A DNA stretch of 64,000 nt from Burkholderiales bacterium (GCA_019747905.1 JAIEQG010000014.1:15434-79433); one strand, 5' to 3'; positions 38,314-49,463 are shown, counted from the first letter of the stretch. The notes: generated by a model from the letters alone, not told the origin. Numbers and translations: made by a program.

Positions 38314-39714
38314 CTACATGGCGCCGGACACGGCGGCCGGCTCCTGAGCGAGCGCGTCCGCGATCAGCTCCAGGGCATGCCAGCACGCGTCGCGATCCAT
38401 GGCGCCACCCAGGCACACGCGCACTGCCTCCGGTGCCGGCTGCGCCACTGCGAAGGAGTCGCTGGCCACCACGCCGATGCCGCGTTCGCGCAGATGGGCC
38501 GCGAAGGCCATGCGATGCCAGTGCGGCGGCAGCGATAGCCACAGGTGGAAGGCCTCGGGATGGGCGAGACAGGAATCGCGCGGCAGCACCCTGGCCGCCT
38601 GCTTCTGGCGCGCGGCCGATTCGGCGCGGATCGCCTCGACGGCGGCGGTCGCGGTCCCGTCGAGGATCCAACGGGTCGCGAGCGCGATGCTGATGGGGGA
38701 GGCCATCACCGTCATGGTGCGCAGCGTCGTGGCGAGCCGTTTCGCCTGACGCGCGTCGGGCGCGATGAGGTAGCCGATGCGCAGGCCGGCGCCCACGTGC
38801 TTCGCGAGGCCGGTCACGTAGAAGGTGAGCTCCGGGGCGAGTGTCGCCAGCGGTGCGGGTGAACGGGTCGGCAGCAGACCGTACGCATCGTCCTCGATGA
38901 TCGGGATGTCGTGCCGGCGCGCAACGGCCGCGAGTTCGCGCCGCCGCGCCTCCGAGATGGTGGTCGTGGTCGGGTTGAGCAGCGTCGGGTTGCAATAGAG
39001 CGCCTTGGGCGAATGCTCTTTGCAGGCGGCATCGAACGCGGCCGCGTCGATGCCTTCGTCATCCATGGGCAGTGGATGCAACCGCAGCCCAAGCTGGGTG
39101 GCGATGCCCTTCACCCCGGGATAGGTGAGCGCCTCGCAGCAGATCACGTCGCCCGCGCGCGCGAACGTCGACATCAACGCCAGCAATGCGCTCTGCACGC
39201 CGGGGCATACCAGCACTCGATCGGCGCTCACTTCGGGCAGCCGCGGCGCCAGCCAGCGCGCACCGGCTTCGCGATCCGCCGCACTGCCGCCGAAATCCTG
39301 ATAGCGCAGCAGTTCATAGAGATCCATGCCGACGTGCAGGTGCACCAGCCCTTCGCGCATGCGTTCCAGCAGATCCACGTCGCGTGGCTCGGGCGGGAGA
39401 TTCATGGTCATCTCCACCAGGCCGTTGCCGATGCCGGTGCGTGCGACGGGCGGCGGTGCGATTGCACGCACGAACGTGCCCATGCCGGCCTTCGCGTCCA
39501 CCAGGCCGCGCCGCTGCGCTTCCGCGTAGCCGCGCGCGACGGTCGTGTAGTTGAGGCCCAGCGTGTCCGCCGCGGACCGCAACGGCGGCAGCTTTTGCAT
39601 GGCGGCCAAACGGCCGCTCTGGATGTCGACGCCGATCAGATCGGCAATGGCGAGATAAGCCGGCTGCTCGGTCTCGCGCAGCGCTCGGCGCCACCGCTGG
39701 AGGTCTTCACTCAT
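38314..39714 (-). CDS. MocR-family regulator (GntR HTH fused to PLP aminotransferase-like domain)
   Basis: N-terminal wHTH ([32 protein letters not shown]) plus a ~380-aa fold-type-I aminotransferase-like domain. The ATG at 39714 lies within ORF 38314..39858. Divergent from the nitrilase cluster. Confidence 0.8.
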   Translation of the reverse strand: MSEDLQRWRRALRETEQPAYLAIADLIGVDIQSGRLAAMQKLPPLRSAADTLGLNYTTVARGYAEAQRRGLVDAKAGMGTFVRAIAPPPVARTGIGNGLVEMTMNLPPEPRDVDLLERMREGLVHLHVGMDLYELLRYQDFGGSAADREAGARWLAPRLPEVSADRVLVCPGVQSALLALMSTFARAGDVICCEALTYPGVKGIATQLGLRLHPLPMDDEGIDAAAFDAACKEHSPKALYCNPTLLNPTTTTISEARRRELAAVARRHDIPIIEDDAYGLLPTRSPAPLATLAPELTFYVTGLAKHVGAGLRIGYLIAPDARQAKRLATTLRTMTVMASPISIALATRWILDGTATAAVEAIRAESAARQKQAARVLPRDSCLAHPEAFHLWLSLPPHWHRMAFAAHLRERGIGVVASDSFAVAQPAPEAVRVCLGGAMDRDACWHALELIADALAQEPAAVSGAM

Positions 39715-39989
39715 GGCAATGATGGGAGGTTGATCGCGCACCAAGAGCTGGCAGGCAACCTGGTGCGCCGCACTCTCATTGGGCGAAATTGCTCGGCAAA
39801 CCAATCCTTTGTGCTCGCCCCAACCGCTCGGAAAACCGCTTCGGCCGGTGCAAGCCATTCATTCGCCTGAATGATCGCATATTGATCGCATGTTGCGTGC
39901 AACAGTTGGCACGCCAAATGCGGTTTGGGAACGGCCGCTCCACGCGAGCCGTGCATCCGACACCACCCCACCTGCCAGGAGACCAGCGC

Positions 39990-40472
39990 ATGCCAGCCGT
40001 TCAGAAAGTAGCGAACAAGTCCGGGGACTATCTCGTCGACTACGAAGAGAAGGTGTTCGAGGACGTGAAGGCGAGCCCGGGCGAGAAGGCCCTGGTCACC
40101 TTCCACACCGTCGCGTTCGAAGGCTCCATCGGCTTCGTCAACCTGCTGCAGGCCACGCGTCTCAAGCGCAAGGGGTTCGAGACTTCGGTGTTGTTGTACG
40201 GACCGGGCGTCACGCTGGGCGTGCAGCGCGGCTTCCCGACGCTCGGCGACGAGGCGTTTCCCGGCCACCAGAACTTCAACAAGCAGCTCACCAAGTTCAT
40301 GGAAGAGGGCGGCAAGGTGTACGCGTGCCGCTTCGCGTTGCAGGCGCTGTACGGCCACGGCGAGCCGTCGTTGATCCCGGGCATCCGGCCGATCAATCCG
40401 CTCGACGTGCTCGATCTCATCCTCCTGCACCGCAAGGACAACGCGTTCATCCTCGACACCTGGACGGTGTAG
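39990..40472 (+). CDS. MSMEG_0572/Sll0783-family protein (Nit1C NitB-like)
   Basis: 160-aa product [27 protein letters not shown] ... First gene of the conserved nitrilase / radical-SAM / GNAT / AIRS cluster. The family call rests on size, sequence recollection and context. Confidence 0.7.
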   Translation: MPAVQKVANKSGDYLVDYEEKVFEDVKASPGEKALVTFHTVAFEGSIGFVNLLQATRLKRKGFETSVLLYGPGVTLGVQRGFPTLGDEAFPGHQNFNKQLTKFMEEGGKVYACRFALQALYGHGEPSLIPGIRPINPLDVLDLILLHRKDNAFILDTWTV

Positions 40473-40482
40473 CGCTCCCGCC

Positions 40483-41517
40483 ATGGCCTCGACCATCGTC
40501 CGCGCCGCTGCCGTCCAACTGGCTCCCGTGCTGGGCAGCGCCGACGGCACCGTGCAGAAGGTGCTCGAGGCCATCGCGCGCGCGGCGAGCGAGGGCGCAC
40601 AGCTCGTCGTGTTTCCCGAGACGTGCGTGCCCTATTACCCGTACTTCTCGTTCATCACGCCGCCCGTGACCATGGGTGCGGAACACATGCGCCTGTACGA
40701 GCGCGCGGTGGTCGTGCCCGGTCCCGTCACCGATGCGGTCGGTGACGCCGCGCGCAAGCACGGCATCGTCGTGGTGCTCGGCGTCAACGAGCGCGATCAC
40801 GGCTCGCTCTACAACACGCAGCTGGTGTTCGACGCCGACGGTACGCTGGTATTGAAGCGCCGCAAGATCACGCCGACGTACCACGAGCGCATGGTCTGGG
40901 GGCAGGGCGACGGCGCCGGGCTCACCCCGGTCGATACCGCCGTGGGCCGCATCGGCGCACTCGCCTGCTGGGAACACTACAACCCGCTCGCACGCTACGC
41001 GCTGATGGCGCGGCACGAGCAGATCCACTGCAGCCAGTTTCCCGGTTCCATGGTGGGCCAGATCTTCGCCGACCAGATGGAAGTGACCATGCGCCACCAT
41101 GCCCTCGAGTCCGGGTGCTTCGTGGTCAATGCCACCGGCTGGCTCGATGACGCGCAGATCGCCTCGATCGCACCCGACCCGAACCTGCAGAAGGCGCTGC
41201 GCGGCGGGTGCTGGACCGCGATCGTCTCGCCGGAAGGCGTGCCGCTCGCACCGCCGTTGCGCGAAGGCGAGGGCATGGTGGTGGCCGATCTCGACTTCGC
41301 TCTCATCACCAAGCGCAAACGGATGATGGATTCCGTCGGCCACTACGCGCGGCCGGAGCTCCTCAGTCTGCTGCACGACACGCGCCCGGCGGCGCCACTC
41401 GCTTCCACGACCCCCGTTCCGGAGATCGTCCATGACCGCACCGACCCACCCGATGGATCCCTTGCACTCCCGGACCCTGCTCTCCGACCTCCAGTCGCTC
41501 GGCTTGCGTCTGGTTGA
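40483..41517 (+). CDS. Nitrilase (Nit6803/Sll0784-type, Nit1C NitC)
   Basis: C-N hydrolase catalytic triad context: [12 protein letters not shown] (Glu), LKRRKITPT (Lys), [11 protein letters not shown] (Cys). Confidence 0.88.
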   Translation: MASTIVRAAAVQLAPVLGSADGTVQKVLEAIARAASEGAQLVVFPETCVPYYPYFSFITPPVTMGAEHMRLYERAVVVPGPVTDAVGDAARKHGIVVVLGVNERDHGSLYNTQLVFDADGTLVLKRRKITPTYHERMVWGQGDGAGLTPVDTAVGRIGALACWEHYNPLARYALMARHEQIHCSQFPGSMVGQIFADQMEVTMRHHALESGCFVVNATGWLDDAQIASIAPDPNLQKALRGGCWTAIVSPEGVPLAPPLREGEGMVVADLDFALITKRKRMMDSVGHYARPELLSLLHDTRPAAPLASTTPVPEIVHDRTDPPDGSLALPDPALRPPVARLASG

Positions 41518-42550
41518 TCCGGATGCCGGTGCGCCGTCGCGGCGCGGCGGTGCCGGTCCGTCCGACCACAAGGCGGTGACGCTCGACGGCCGGACAGTCA
41601 TGGTGCCGGTGCACACCGGTTCCGCGAAGGCGTCGCCGTTCCGCGCACTCGCACCGCGTGCCGACGGCACCAGCGTGGTGGAGCGCGACGGCATCCCCAT
41701 CGCCGAGATCCGTTTCCCGCGGCAGCCGCGCTTCTACAAGCTGCAGACCTTCGACGGCGTGCCCTACTCGAAGATCGCGCAGCTGCACGGCGCGGACGTC
41801 CTCGCGACTACCGTGTTGCAGACCTGCGTGCGCTACGGCAACCGGCGCACCGCATGCCAGTTCTGCGCCATCGGCGAGTCGCTCGCCGGCGGACGCACCG
41901 TCAATCGAAAGACGCCGGAACAACTGGCGGAAGTGGCGCGGGCAGCAGTGCTGCTCGACGGGGTCAAGCACATGGTGATGACCACGGGCACCCCCAACTT
42001 CAAGGATCGCGGTGCGGCCATCCTCTGCGAAAGCGCCTTCGCGGTGAAGGCCGCGGTGGACCTGCCGATCCAGGTGCAGTGCGAGCCGCCGGACGATCAC
42101 GCATGGTTCGCGCGGCTCAAGGCAGCCGGTGCCGACACGCTCGGCATGCATCTGGAAGCGGTGAGCCCCGAAGTGCGCGAACGCATCATGCCCGGCAAGG
42201 CCTCCGTGAGCATCGAGCAGTATCTCGACGCTTTCGCTGCCGCGGTTCCGGTGTTCGGCCGCGGCCAGGTCAGCACCTACATCCTGGCAGGGTTGGGCGA
42301 CACGCGCGAAGCGATCCTGTCCGTGGCGCAGCGGCTGATCGCGCTGGGCGTCTATCCGTTCGTCGTGCCCTTCGTGCCCATCGGCGGCACGCCGCTGTCC
42401 GCGCATCCGGCGCCGGAACCGGAGTTCATGCGCTCGATCCTCGAACCGCTTGGGGCGATGCTCGTCCAGGGCGGATTGAAGTCCGCGGACATCAAGGCCG
42501 GGTGCGGCAAGTGCGGCGCGTGTTCGACCCTGTCCACCTTCGAGCGTTGA
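41432..42550 (+). CDS. Radical SAM protein, MSMEG_0568 family (Nit1C NitD)
   Basis: Position and size match the cluster. The only cluster-like Cys motif is [14 protein letters not shown] (CX9CX2C), and there is a C-terminal CGKCGAC. The start is uncertain because the ORF-track ATG overlaps the nitrilase by 86 nt. Confidence 0.7.
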   Translation: MTAPTHPMDPLHSRTLLSDLQSLGLRLVDPDAGAPSRRGGAGPSDHKAVTLDGRTVMVPVHTGSAKASPFRALAPRADGTSVVERDGIPIAEIRFPRQPRFYKLQTFDGVPYSKIAQLHGADVLATTVLQTCVRYGNRRTACQFCAIGESLAGGRTVNRKTPEQLAEVARAAVLLDGVKHMVMTTGTPNFKDRGAAILCESAFAVKAAVDLPIQVQCEPPDDHAWFARLKAAGADTLGMHLEAVSPEVRERIMPGKASVSIEQYLDAFAAAVPVFGRGQVSTYILAGLGDTREAILSVAQRLIALGVYPFVVPFVPIGGTPLSAHPAPEPEFMRSILEPLGAMLVQGGLKSADIKAGCGKCGACSTLSTFER

Positions 42551-42552
42551 CC

Positions 42553-43101
42553 ATGCTGCTCGAGCCACCGTTCCCCTTCATCCCCGGCGAGTACCGCATC
42601 CGCCACGCCTCCGAGGCGTGGGAACGCCGCGCGGCGGCTCGACTGCGGTGTACGGTGTTCTGCGAGGAGCAGGGTGTGTTCGAAGGCGACGACGAAGATG
42701 CGATCGATGCCTATGCGCTGCCCATCGTCGCGGTCGCGTGGATGTTCGGCATGCCCGATCGCGTGGTCGGCACGGTGCGTATCCACCCCGATCCCAAGGA
42801 ACCGTCCTGCTGGTGGGGTTCGCGCCTTGCCGTCGCGCGCGAGTTCCGCGGCCAGGCGTGGATCGGATCGGAGCTGATCCGGCACGCCGTAACGACGGCG
42901 TACGCCCGCGGCTGCACGAAGTTCCTCGCGCACGTCCAATCGCAGAACGTGCCCATGTTCCGCCATCTGCACTGGGATGCCTTGCAGCAGCTCGACCTGC
43001 ACGGCCGCTCCCATCATCTGATGCAGGCCGACCTCGCGCACTATCCCCCGCGGGCGACCGACGAGATCGCGTTCGTGCCGCACGCGCAGCAGGCGGCTTG
43101 A
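42553..43101 (+). CDS. GNAT acetyltransferase, MSMEG_0567/Sll0786 family (Nit1C NitE)
   Basis: 182-aa product with a GNAT-like core (VGTVRIHP ... WWGSRLAVAREFRG). The ATG at 42553 follows the radical SAM stop. Confidence 0.7.
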   Translation: MLLEPPFPFIPGEYRIRHASEAWERRAAARLRCTVFCEEQGVFEGDDEDAIDAYALPIVAVAWMFGMPDRVVGTVRIHPDPKEPSCWWGSRLAVAREFRGQAWIGSELIRHAVTTAYARGCTKFLAHVQSQNVPMFRHLHWDALQQLDLHGRSHHLMQADLAHYPPRATDEIAFVPHAQQAA

Positions 43102-44072
43102 TGCTCGCCGAGCTCGCCGCCGAGTTGCGCGAGAGTCGCGGCGTTGCGCACAAGCGCGACATCGACGCGCTGGTGCGCACGCTCGCCGACACCGTGGTGC
43201 CGACGGATGCGCCGACGGCCGTGCCGGTGGGCGACGATTGCGCCGCGCTGCCGGACGGTGACGGCTATCTGCTGTTCGCCATCGAAGGCTTCATCAACGA
43301 GTTCGTCGCCGCGGAGCCGTGGTTCGCCGGCTGGTGCGGGGTCATGGTGAATGTGAGCGACGTCTGCGCCATGGGCGGGCGGCCGCTGGCGGTGGTCGAC
43401 GCCGTCTGGAGTGCTGGCGAAGCGAACGGTCAGGCGATCCTCGAAGGGCTCGCCGCGGCATCGCGCGCCTTCGGCGTGCCGGTGGTGGGTGGACACAGCA
43501 ACGCCCGCGCGGACCGAAGCCAGCTCGCGGTTGCTGTCCTGGGCCGCGCGAACAAGCTCATCACGAGCTTCGATGCGCGACCGGGCGACGTGCTGCTCGC
43601 CGCCATCGACCTGCGCGGTCGCTACCGCGACCGCTTTCCCCATTGGGATGCAGCGACCCGCGCCGAGCCCGCACGCCTGCGCGGCGATATCGCGCTGCTC
43701 GCGCAGATCGCGGAGGCCGGGCTTTGCGCAGCCGGCAAGGACGTGAGTCAGGCGGGCGTGATCGGGACGGCGCTGATGCTGCTCGAATGCTCGGGCTGCG
43801 GTGCGGTCATCGACGTCACGCGCGTCCCACGACCCGCCGATGCAGGATTGTCGCGCTGGCTGTTGTCAACGTTTCCGAGCTACGGCTACCTGCTCGCATG
43901 CAGGCCGGACCAGGTGGACGCCGTGATCGCCCGGTTCGCGGCGCGCGACATCGCGTGCGCCGCCATCGGCCGCTGCGACGACACGGGGGTGGTGCGCCTT
44001 TCCGATGGACGGCGCGAGGAACCAGCCTGGGACTTTGCGGTGAGTCCGTTGATCGGTTGCGGGCCGCGATGA
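43101..44072 (+). CDS. AIR synthase-related protein, Sll0787 family (Nit1C NitF)
   Basis: PurM-like N-terminus ([21 protein letters not shown] ... [17 protein letters not shown]). The ATG overlaps the GNAT stop. Confidence 0.75.
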   Translation: MLAELAAELRESRGVAHKRDIDALVRTLADTVVPTDAPTAVPVGDDCAALPDGDGYLLFAIEGFINEFVAAEPWFAGWCGVMVNVSDVCAMGGRPLAVVDAVWSAGEANGQAILEGLAAASRAFGVPVVGGHSNARADRSQLAVAVLGRANKLITSFDARPGDVLLAAIDLRGRYRDRFPHWDAATRAEPARLRGDIALLAQIAEAGLCAAGKDVSQAGVIGTALMLLECSGCGAVIDVTRVPRPADAGLSRWLLSTFPSYGYLLACRPDQVDAVIARFAARDIACAAIGRCDDTGVVRLSDGRREEPAWDFAVSPLIGCGPR

Positions 44073-45244
44073 CGCCCCGGCGTCTGCGCATCGCGCTGCT
44101 CACCCATTCCACCAATCCGCGCGGCGGCGTGGTGCACTGCCTCGAACTGGCGGAGGCGCTGCATGCATTGGGACACGAGGCTGTCGTGCATGCGCCCGAT
44201 GCCTCGGGCGCGGGCTTCTTCCGCGCCACGGACTGCCGCACTGTGGCGCTGCCCGTGCAGCCGGTGGCCGAAGGTCTGGCGCCGCTGGTCGAACGCCGCA
44301 TCGCCGACTTCGTCCGGTACTTCGCTGCGCCGGCCACGGAGACCTTCGACGTCTACCATGCGCACGATGGCATCGGCGGCAATGCGCTCGCCAATCTGGT
44401 CGAGTGCGGGCGCATCCCCGATTTCGTCCGTACCGTCCATCATCTCGACCACTTCACCGATCCGCGGGTCGCCGCATGGCAGCGTCGCTCCATCGGCGCT
44501 GCAGCGTCGGTCTACTGCGTGAGCGACCTGTGGCGCCGCAAGGTGGCGCACGACTTCGGCATCGAAGCGGCCCACGCGCCCAATGGCGTCGATCTCCGAC
44601 GGTTCCACCCGGGTTCCGGACCCGCGGACGCCGCGGTGCTGGCGCGCCACCGCATTCCTGTTCAGGGGCCGGTGTTCCTCGCCGTGGGCGGCATCGAAGC
44701 GCGCAAGAACTCGGCGCGCATGCTCGAGGCATTCGCGCAGGTGCACGCCAGCGTTCCGCAGGCCCGTTTCGTCATCGTCGGCGGCGCGAGCCTGCTCGAC
44801 CACGGCGCCTATCGTGCGACCTTCGACGCGGCACTGGCCCGCAGCGCGTTGCCGGAGGACGCCGTGATCGTCACCGGTCCGGTGGCGGATGCGGACATGC
44901 CGGCCCTCTACCGTCGCGCGGACGCGCTGGTGTTCGCTTCGATCAACGAGGGCTTCGGGCTCGCCGTGCTGGAAGCGATGGCTTGCGGCACACCGGCCGT
45001 GGTGTCGCGCATCGAGCCGTTCACCGAATGGCTCGGCGCCGACGACTGCATCTGGGTCGATCCGCACGATCCACGTTCCATTGCGATGGGCATGCGGGTG
45101 GTTCTCACGGGCCCGTTGGCGGCACGCTTGCGCCAGAACGGCCTCGAGGTGGCAGCGCGGCATCCTTGGAGCAGCTCAGCACAGCGCCACGTGGAGCTCT
45201 ACCGGACTCATCTGACCGCGCGCGAGATCTTGCACCATGCCTGA
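44069..45244 (+). CDS. Glycosyltransferase family 4/GT-B, MSMEG_0565 family
   Basis: [18 protein letters not shown] ... with a C-terminal GT1 motif [24 protein letters not shown] overlap with the upstream gene. Confidence 0.8.
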   Translation: MTPRRLRIALLTHSTNPRGGVVHCLELAEALHALGHEAVVHAPDASGAGFFRATDCRTVALPVQPVAEGLAPLVERRIADFVRYFAAPATETFDVYHAHDGIGGNALANLVECGRIPDFVRTVHHLDHFTDPRVAAWQRRSIGAAASVYCVSDLWRRKVAHDFGIEAAHAPNGVDLRRFHPGSGPADAAVLARHRIPVQGPVFLAVGGIEARKNSARMLEAFAQVHASVPQARFVIVGGASLLDHGAYRATFDAALARSALPEDAVIVTGPVADADMPALYRRADALVFASINEGFGLAVLEAMACGTPAVVSRIEPFTEWLGADDCIWVDPHDPRSIAMGMRVVLTGPLAARLRQNGLEVAARHPWSSSAQRHVELYRTHLTAREILHHA

Positions 45245-45524
45245 GATGCGCTTCCACGTGCGCTGGCCGGACGACACGACGACTGCCTGCTATTCGCCGT
45301 CCCTGGTCATCAAGGATTTCTTCCGGCCGGGACAACGCTATCCGCTGGCCGATTTCCTCGCGCGGAGCCGCGAAGCCCTTGAGATCGCCAGCGAGCGGGT
45401 GCGCCAGAAGTACGGCATGGGGTGCGCTCATGCGGCGCGCCAGCTCGAAGAGATCGAATCACTGGCGTCGCGCTTCACGGAACAGCGCGATGCGCAGGTG
45501 CTGGTGGAAGCGTTCGAAGAATGA
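45237..45524 (+). CDS. MSMEG_0570-family small protein (Nit1C NitG-like)
   Basis: 95-aa ORF overlapping the glycosyltransferase gene end by 8 nt. Size and position match the cluster. Confidence 0.6.
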   Translation: MPEMRFHVRWPDDTTTACYSPSLVIKDFFRPGQRYPLADFLARSREALEIASERVRQKYGMGCAHAARQLEEIESLASRFTEQRDAQVLVEAFEE

Positions 45525-45546
45525 CCCCGACCCGGAGACTGCATCC

Positions 45547-46857
45547 ATGAACGATCGCGCGCGCGAGGAGCCGCTCGCCCCCCATCACACCGTCTGCGTG
45601 GTCGGGGGCGGCCAGGCCGGTCTTTCGGTGAGCCATGGCCTGGTGCAACGGGGCATCGACCACGTCGTGCTCGAACGCCACGGGATAGCGCACGCGTGGC
45701 GCGAGGAACGCTGGGATTCCTTCTGCCTGGTGACGCCGAACTGGCAGTGCACGCTGCCCGGTCATCCGTACGAAGGGGCGGAGCCGCACGGGTTCATGGT
45801 GAAGGACGAGATCGTCCGGTACGTCGAGGCATTCGCCGCGTCCTTTCCTGCACCGCTGCACACCGGCGTGGAAGCGACGCGCCTCAGCAGAGCAGGCGAA
45901 GGTCCGTTCCGTCTCGAGACGACCGGCGGGCCGCTCACTGCCGACCACGTGGTCGTGGCGACCGGCGGCTATCACACGCCGGTCATCCCGCGGATGGCCG
46001 AACGTCTGCCGCCCGCACTCAAGCACTTGCACTCGCGCGAGTACCGCAACCCGGGCGCGCTGCCGCCCGGCGCGGTGCTGGTGGTCGGCACCGGTCAGTC
46101 CGGCTGCCAGATCGCGGAGGACCTCCACCTCGCGGGCCGACAGGTGCACCTGTGCGTGGGCGGTGCGCCGCGCACCGCGCGCTTCCATCGCGGCCGCGAT
46201 GTCGTCGACTGGCTCGCCGACATGGGGTACTACGACATGCCGGTCGATCAGCATCCCCTGAAGGAAAGAGTGCGTGCCAAGGCCAATCACTACGTCACCG
46301 GTCGCGATGGCGGCCGCGACATCGATCTGCGCCGCTTCGCCCTCGAAGGCATGCGTCTCTACGGTCGGCTGGAGGACATCCGCGGCGACCATCTCACGTT
46401 CCGCGACGACCTCGCGCACAACCTCGATCAGGCCGACGCCGTGAGCGAAAGCATCAAGGCGAGCATCGACAAGTTCATTGCGGCGCGCGGCATCGATGCC
46501 CCACCCGGCAGCGCCTATTCACCGCCGTGGGTACCTCCTGCGGATCATCCGCGCAGCCTGGACCTTTCCGCCGCCGGCATCGGCACCGTGATCTGGTGCG
46601 TGGGTTACCGGTCGGATTTCCGCTGGATCGAAGTGCCCGTGTTCGATGGCTCCGGCTACCCGTCGCATCGGCGCGGCGTGAGCGCGGTGGACGGTCTGTA
46701 CTTCCTGGGACTGCCGTGGCTCTACACGTGGGGCTCGGGGCGGTTCTCCGGCATCGCGCGCGATGCGGCGTACCTGTGCGACCAGATCGCGACCCGGGAG
46801 CGGGACCGCCCGGCACGGGTCGCAGCTACGGTCAACGCTTGGGCGCTGGGGTCGTAG
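45547..46857 (+). CDS. Flavin-dependent oxidoreductase, MSMEG_0569 family (Nit1C NitH)
   Basis: Two dinucleotide-binding motifs, [12 protein letters not shown] and [16 protein letters not shown], plus the FMO-like context [11 protein letters not shown]. Confidence 0.8.
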   Translation: MNDRAREEPLAPHHTVCVVGGGQAGLSVSHGLVQRGIDHVVLERHGIAHAWREERWDSFCLVTPNWQCTLPGHPYEGAEPHGFMVKDEIVRYVEAFAASFPAPLHTGVEATRLSRAGEGPFRLETTGGPLTADHVVVATGGYHTPVIPRMAERLPPALKHLHSREYRNPGALPPGAVLVVGTGQSGCQIAEDLHLAGRQVHLCVGGAPRTARFHRGRDVVDWLADMGYYDMPVDQHPLKERVRAKANHYVTGRDGGRDIDLRRFALEGMRLYGRLEDIRGDHLTFRDDLAHNLDQADAVSESIKASIDKFIAARGIDAPPGSAYSPPWVPPADHPRSLDLSAAGIGTVIWCVGYRSDFRWIEVPVFDGSGYPSHRRGVSAVDGLYFLGLPWLYTWGSGRFSGIARDAAYLCDQIATRERDRPARVAATVNAWALGS

Positions 46858-46889
46858 CGACGGCATCGGCAAAGCCTTCCCCGCGCAGT

Positions 46890-46921
46890 ACACGGAGAAG
46901 ACCTCGAGTCGTTCTCCGTGT
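46890..46921. terminator. Hairpin in a convergent gap (repeat family A unit); candidate bidirectional terminator
   Basis: acacggagaa-gacctcgagtcg-ttctccgtgt has a perfect 10-bp stem. It lies between the flavoprotein gene (+) and ppa (-). No flanking U-tract, so terminator function is inferred. Confidence 0.4.
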
Positions 46922-46953
46922 CGTCCGCCGTGAGGGCATTTTGCCCCAAGCCC

Positions 46954-47502
46954 TCAGAACATCGGCTTCTTCGCCGCCGCGCGATAGGCCTCGACGCCGG
47001 CCATGATCTCCGCCTTCGCTTCCTCCGGGCCCACCCAGCCCGTGATCTTCACCCACTTGCCCGGCTCGAGATCCTTGTAGTGCTGGAAGAAGTGCGCGAT
47101 CTGCGACAGCACCAGCTCGGGCAGGTCGCGCGGGTTCACGATGTTGCGATACAGCCCTGACAGCTTGTCGATGGGTACCGCGAGTACCTTGGTGTCGTCA
47201 CCGGCTTCGTCGGACATCTTCAGCATGCCCACCGGCCGGCAGCGCACCACCACCCCGGTAATCAGCGGCACCGGCGACAGCACCAGCACGTCGACCGGAT
47301 CGCCGTCGCCCGAAATGGTGTGGGGTACGTACCCGTAGTTGCACGGGTAGTGCATGGCCGTGGACATGAACCGGTCCACGAAGACGGCGCCGGTCTCCTT
47401 GTCCACCTCGTACTTGATCGGATCCGCATTCATGGGGATCTCGACGATGACGTTGAAATCGTTGGGGAGGTCCCGTCCGGGGCCGACTCGGTCGAGATTC
47501 AT
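46954..47502 (-). CDS. ppa: Inorganic pyrophosphatase
   Basis: Family I PPase signatures: [36 protein letters not shown]. Confidence 0.95.
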   Translation of the reverse strand: MNLDRVGPGRDLPNDFNVIVEIPMNADPIKYEVDKETGAVFVDRFMSTAMHYPCNYGYVPHTISGDGDPVDVLVLSPVPLITGVVVRCRPVGMLKMSDEAGDDTKVLAVPIDKLSGLYRNIVNPRDLPELVLSQIAHFFQHYKDLEPGKWVKITGWVGPEEAKAEIMAGVEAYRAAAKKPMF

Positions 47503-47589
47503 CGCGCGGTTCCTCGATCAAAAGTCGCTATTATTGCCTCCCGTCGCGGATTGCGCTCGTCCGCCGCCAACCTTGCAACCGGGGCACCC

Positions 47590-48726
47590 ATGTCCACGCA
47601 GCAGCAGTCCGTCGCCGCCTCTTTCGCATTCGCGCATGCTGCCTCGCGGCATTGGCGCATTGCCGCCGCCGAATGCCTGGAGCGCATCGGGCCGGTGGCG
47701 CCGGAGGCGAACCTCGGTTTCGTCTATGTGACCGATGCCTATGCCGCGCGGGTGAGCGAGCTCCTCGAACTGCTGCGCGAGCGCACCGGCATCGACCATT
47801 GGGTCGGCACCGTCGGCATCGGCATCTGCGCCACCGGCCGCGAGTACCTGGACGAAGGTGCGATGGCCATCATGCTGGGAAGCTTTCCGGGCGGATCGTT
47901 CCGGGTGCTCGCGCCGTTGCGCACGCCGGCCGACCTCGCCCGCGACCCGCTCACCATCGGCGGCGCGGCGGGCAACTTCGCCATTGTCCACGCGGACCCG
48001 CGCAACGCGATGCTGAATTCGCTGTTGGCCGAGCTCTCGCGGCGTCTCGACAGCGGTTTCGTGGTGGGTGGCCTGACCAGTTCCCGCGCCGCGCACGCGC
48101 AGATGGCCGACGGTGTGTGGGAGGGCGGCCTGTCCGGCGTGGTGTTCACCGACCAGGTCATCGTCAGCACCCGGCTCACGCAAGGCTGCTCGCCGCTCGG
48201 CGACCCGCACGTCGTCACGGACGTGCAACGCAACGTGCTGATCGAACTCGATGGCCGCCCGGCGCTGGAAGTGCTGCGCGCCGAGGCCGGACTCACCGGC
48301 GCGCGCGATCTCGATCGCCTGGGCGGCACGGTGTTCGCTGCGCTCCCGGTGTCCGACAGCGAGACCGGCGACTACCTGGTGCGCAACGTCGTCGGCGTCG
48401 ATGCCGAACGCGGCCTGGTGGCCGTCGGCGAGGCCGTGCGCAAGGGCGGCAAGGTGATGTTCTGCCGGCGCGACCGCCGCTCGGCGGCCGAAGACATGGC
48501 GCGCATGCTCGACAGCATCAAGAGCGGTCTGTACACGCGGCCGCGCGGCGGCGTGTACTTCTCGTGCCTGGGCCGCGGCACCAGCCTGTTCGGCGAAACG
48601 TCCAAGGAACTCGCGATGATCCGCGAGGGACTCGGCGACGTGCCCATCGTGGGCTTCTATTGCAACGGCGAGATCTCGCACAACCGCCTGTACGGCTATA
48701 CCGGCGTACTGACGTTGTTTCTGTGA
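47590..48726 (+). CDS. FIST-domain signal transduction protein
   Basis: 378 aa. The pattern NLGFVYVTDAY ... IDHWVGTVGIGICA ... and C-terminal PIVGFYCNGEI is typical of FIST_N/FIST_C proteins. The ATG at 47590 lies within ORF 47320..48726. Confidence 0.6.
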   Translation: MSTQQQSVAASFAFAHAASRHWRIAAAECLERIGPVAPEANLGFVYVTDAYAARVSELLELLRERTGIDHWVGTVGIGICATGREYLDEGAMAIMLGSFPGGSFRVLAPLRTPADLARDPLTIGGAAGNFAIVHADPRNAMLNSLLAELSRRLDSGFVVGGLTSSRAAHAQMADGVWEGGLSGVVFTDQVIVSTRLTQGCSPLGDPHVVTDVQRNVLIELDGRPALEVLRAEAGLTGARDLDRLGGTVFAALPVSDSETGDYLVRNVVGVDAERGLVAVGEAVRKGGKVMFCRRDRRSAAEDMARMLDSIKSGLYTRPRGGVYFSCLGRGTSLFGETSKELAMIREGLGDVPIVGFYCNGEISHNRLYGYTGVLTLFL

Positions 48727-48756
48727 CCGACCGCCGCAGCCCGCGCGTCGATCGTC

Positions 48757-49458
48757 ATGTTGCCACGCACCCTCACATCCCTGCCGCTCACGGCGCTCGA
48801 CTGGGTCGCCTTCGGCTGGTTCTTCCTCTGGTGGATGGGGTACGTGATTTTCGCCGGTTGGCGCGGCCGCACCATGCCGAGTCTGGTGAGCCAGATGGGG
48901 AAGTTCCGGCGCCTGTGGATGCAGGCGGTCGCAGTCCGCGACGTTCGCATCGGCGACGTCAACATCCTGGCCAACCTCTCCAACGGGTCGACCTTCTTCG
49001 CTTCCACCACGCTGCTGATCCTGGGCGGGTTGCTGGCATTGCTCGGGACCACCGAGAAGGTCGCTTCGGTGATGGCCGAGTTGCCGTTCAATCGCTTGAG
49101 CTCGGAGCAGCTCTGGGACATCAAGGTGCTGCTGCTGGTGGGTGTCTTCGTGTTCGCCTTCTTCAAGTTCACCTGGTCGCTGCGCCTGTATCACTTCTGC
49201 TCGGTGATGATAGGCGGTGCACCGGCGCCGGAAGCGCGCGGTGACGAGCACGCCCGCTTCGTCGAGCGTGCTGTGCGTACCACCACACTGGCTGCGGAGA
49301 GCTTCAACAACGGATTGCGGGCCTACTACTTCGCGCTGGCCGCGATGACGTGGTTTCTCAACCCGTGGGTATGGATGATGGCGACCAGCTGGGTCGTGCT
49401 GATCCTGTATCACCGCGAATTCCAGTCGACCGCATTGCGCACCCTCGCCGAGGATTAG
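48757..49458 (+). CDS. DUF599-like membrane protein
   Basis: 233 aa with 4-5 TM segments and GSTFFASTTLLILGG. The family call is from memory. Confidence 0.5.
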   Translation: MLPRTLTSLPLTALDWVAFGWFFLWWMGYVIFAGWRGRTMPSLVSQMGKFRRLWMQAVAVRDVRIGDVNILANLSNGSTFFASTTLLILGGLLALLGTTEKVASVMAELPFNRLSSEQLWDIKVLLLVGVFVFAFFKFTWSLRLYHFCSVMIGGAPAPEARGDEHARFVERAVRTTTLAAESFNNGLRAYYFALAAMTWFLNPWVWMMATSWVVLILYHREFQSTALRTLAED

Positions 49459-49463
49459 GGTGA

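Noticed and set aside
39789-39989. 67-codon N-terminal extension of the MSMEG_0572-like ORF (track start 39789).
   Set aside because: The extension is Arg/Cys-rich and overlaps the divergent promoter region. The conserved protein sequence starts at the ATG at 39990 and gives the expected ~160-aa product.
43319-44068. Upstream 250 codons of the 641-aa ORF 43319..45244, and similarly 44404..45546 of the 817-aa ORF ending at 46857.
   Set aside because: These are out-of-frame overlaps of the AIR-synthase-like and glycosyltransferase genes, with Arg/Pro/Gly-rich translation. The real genes start at 44069 and 45547, with overlapping or adjacent stop-start junctions.
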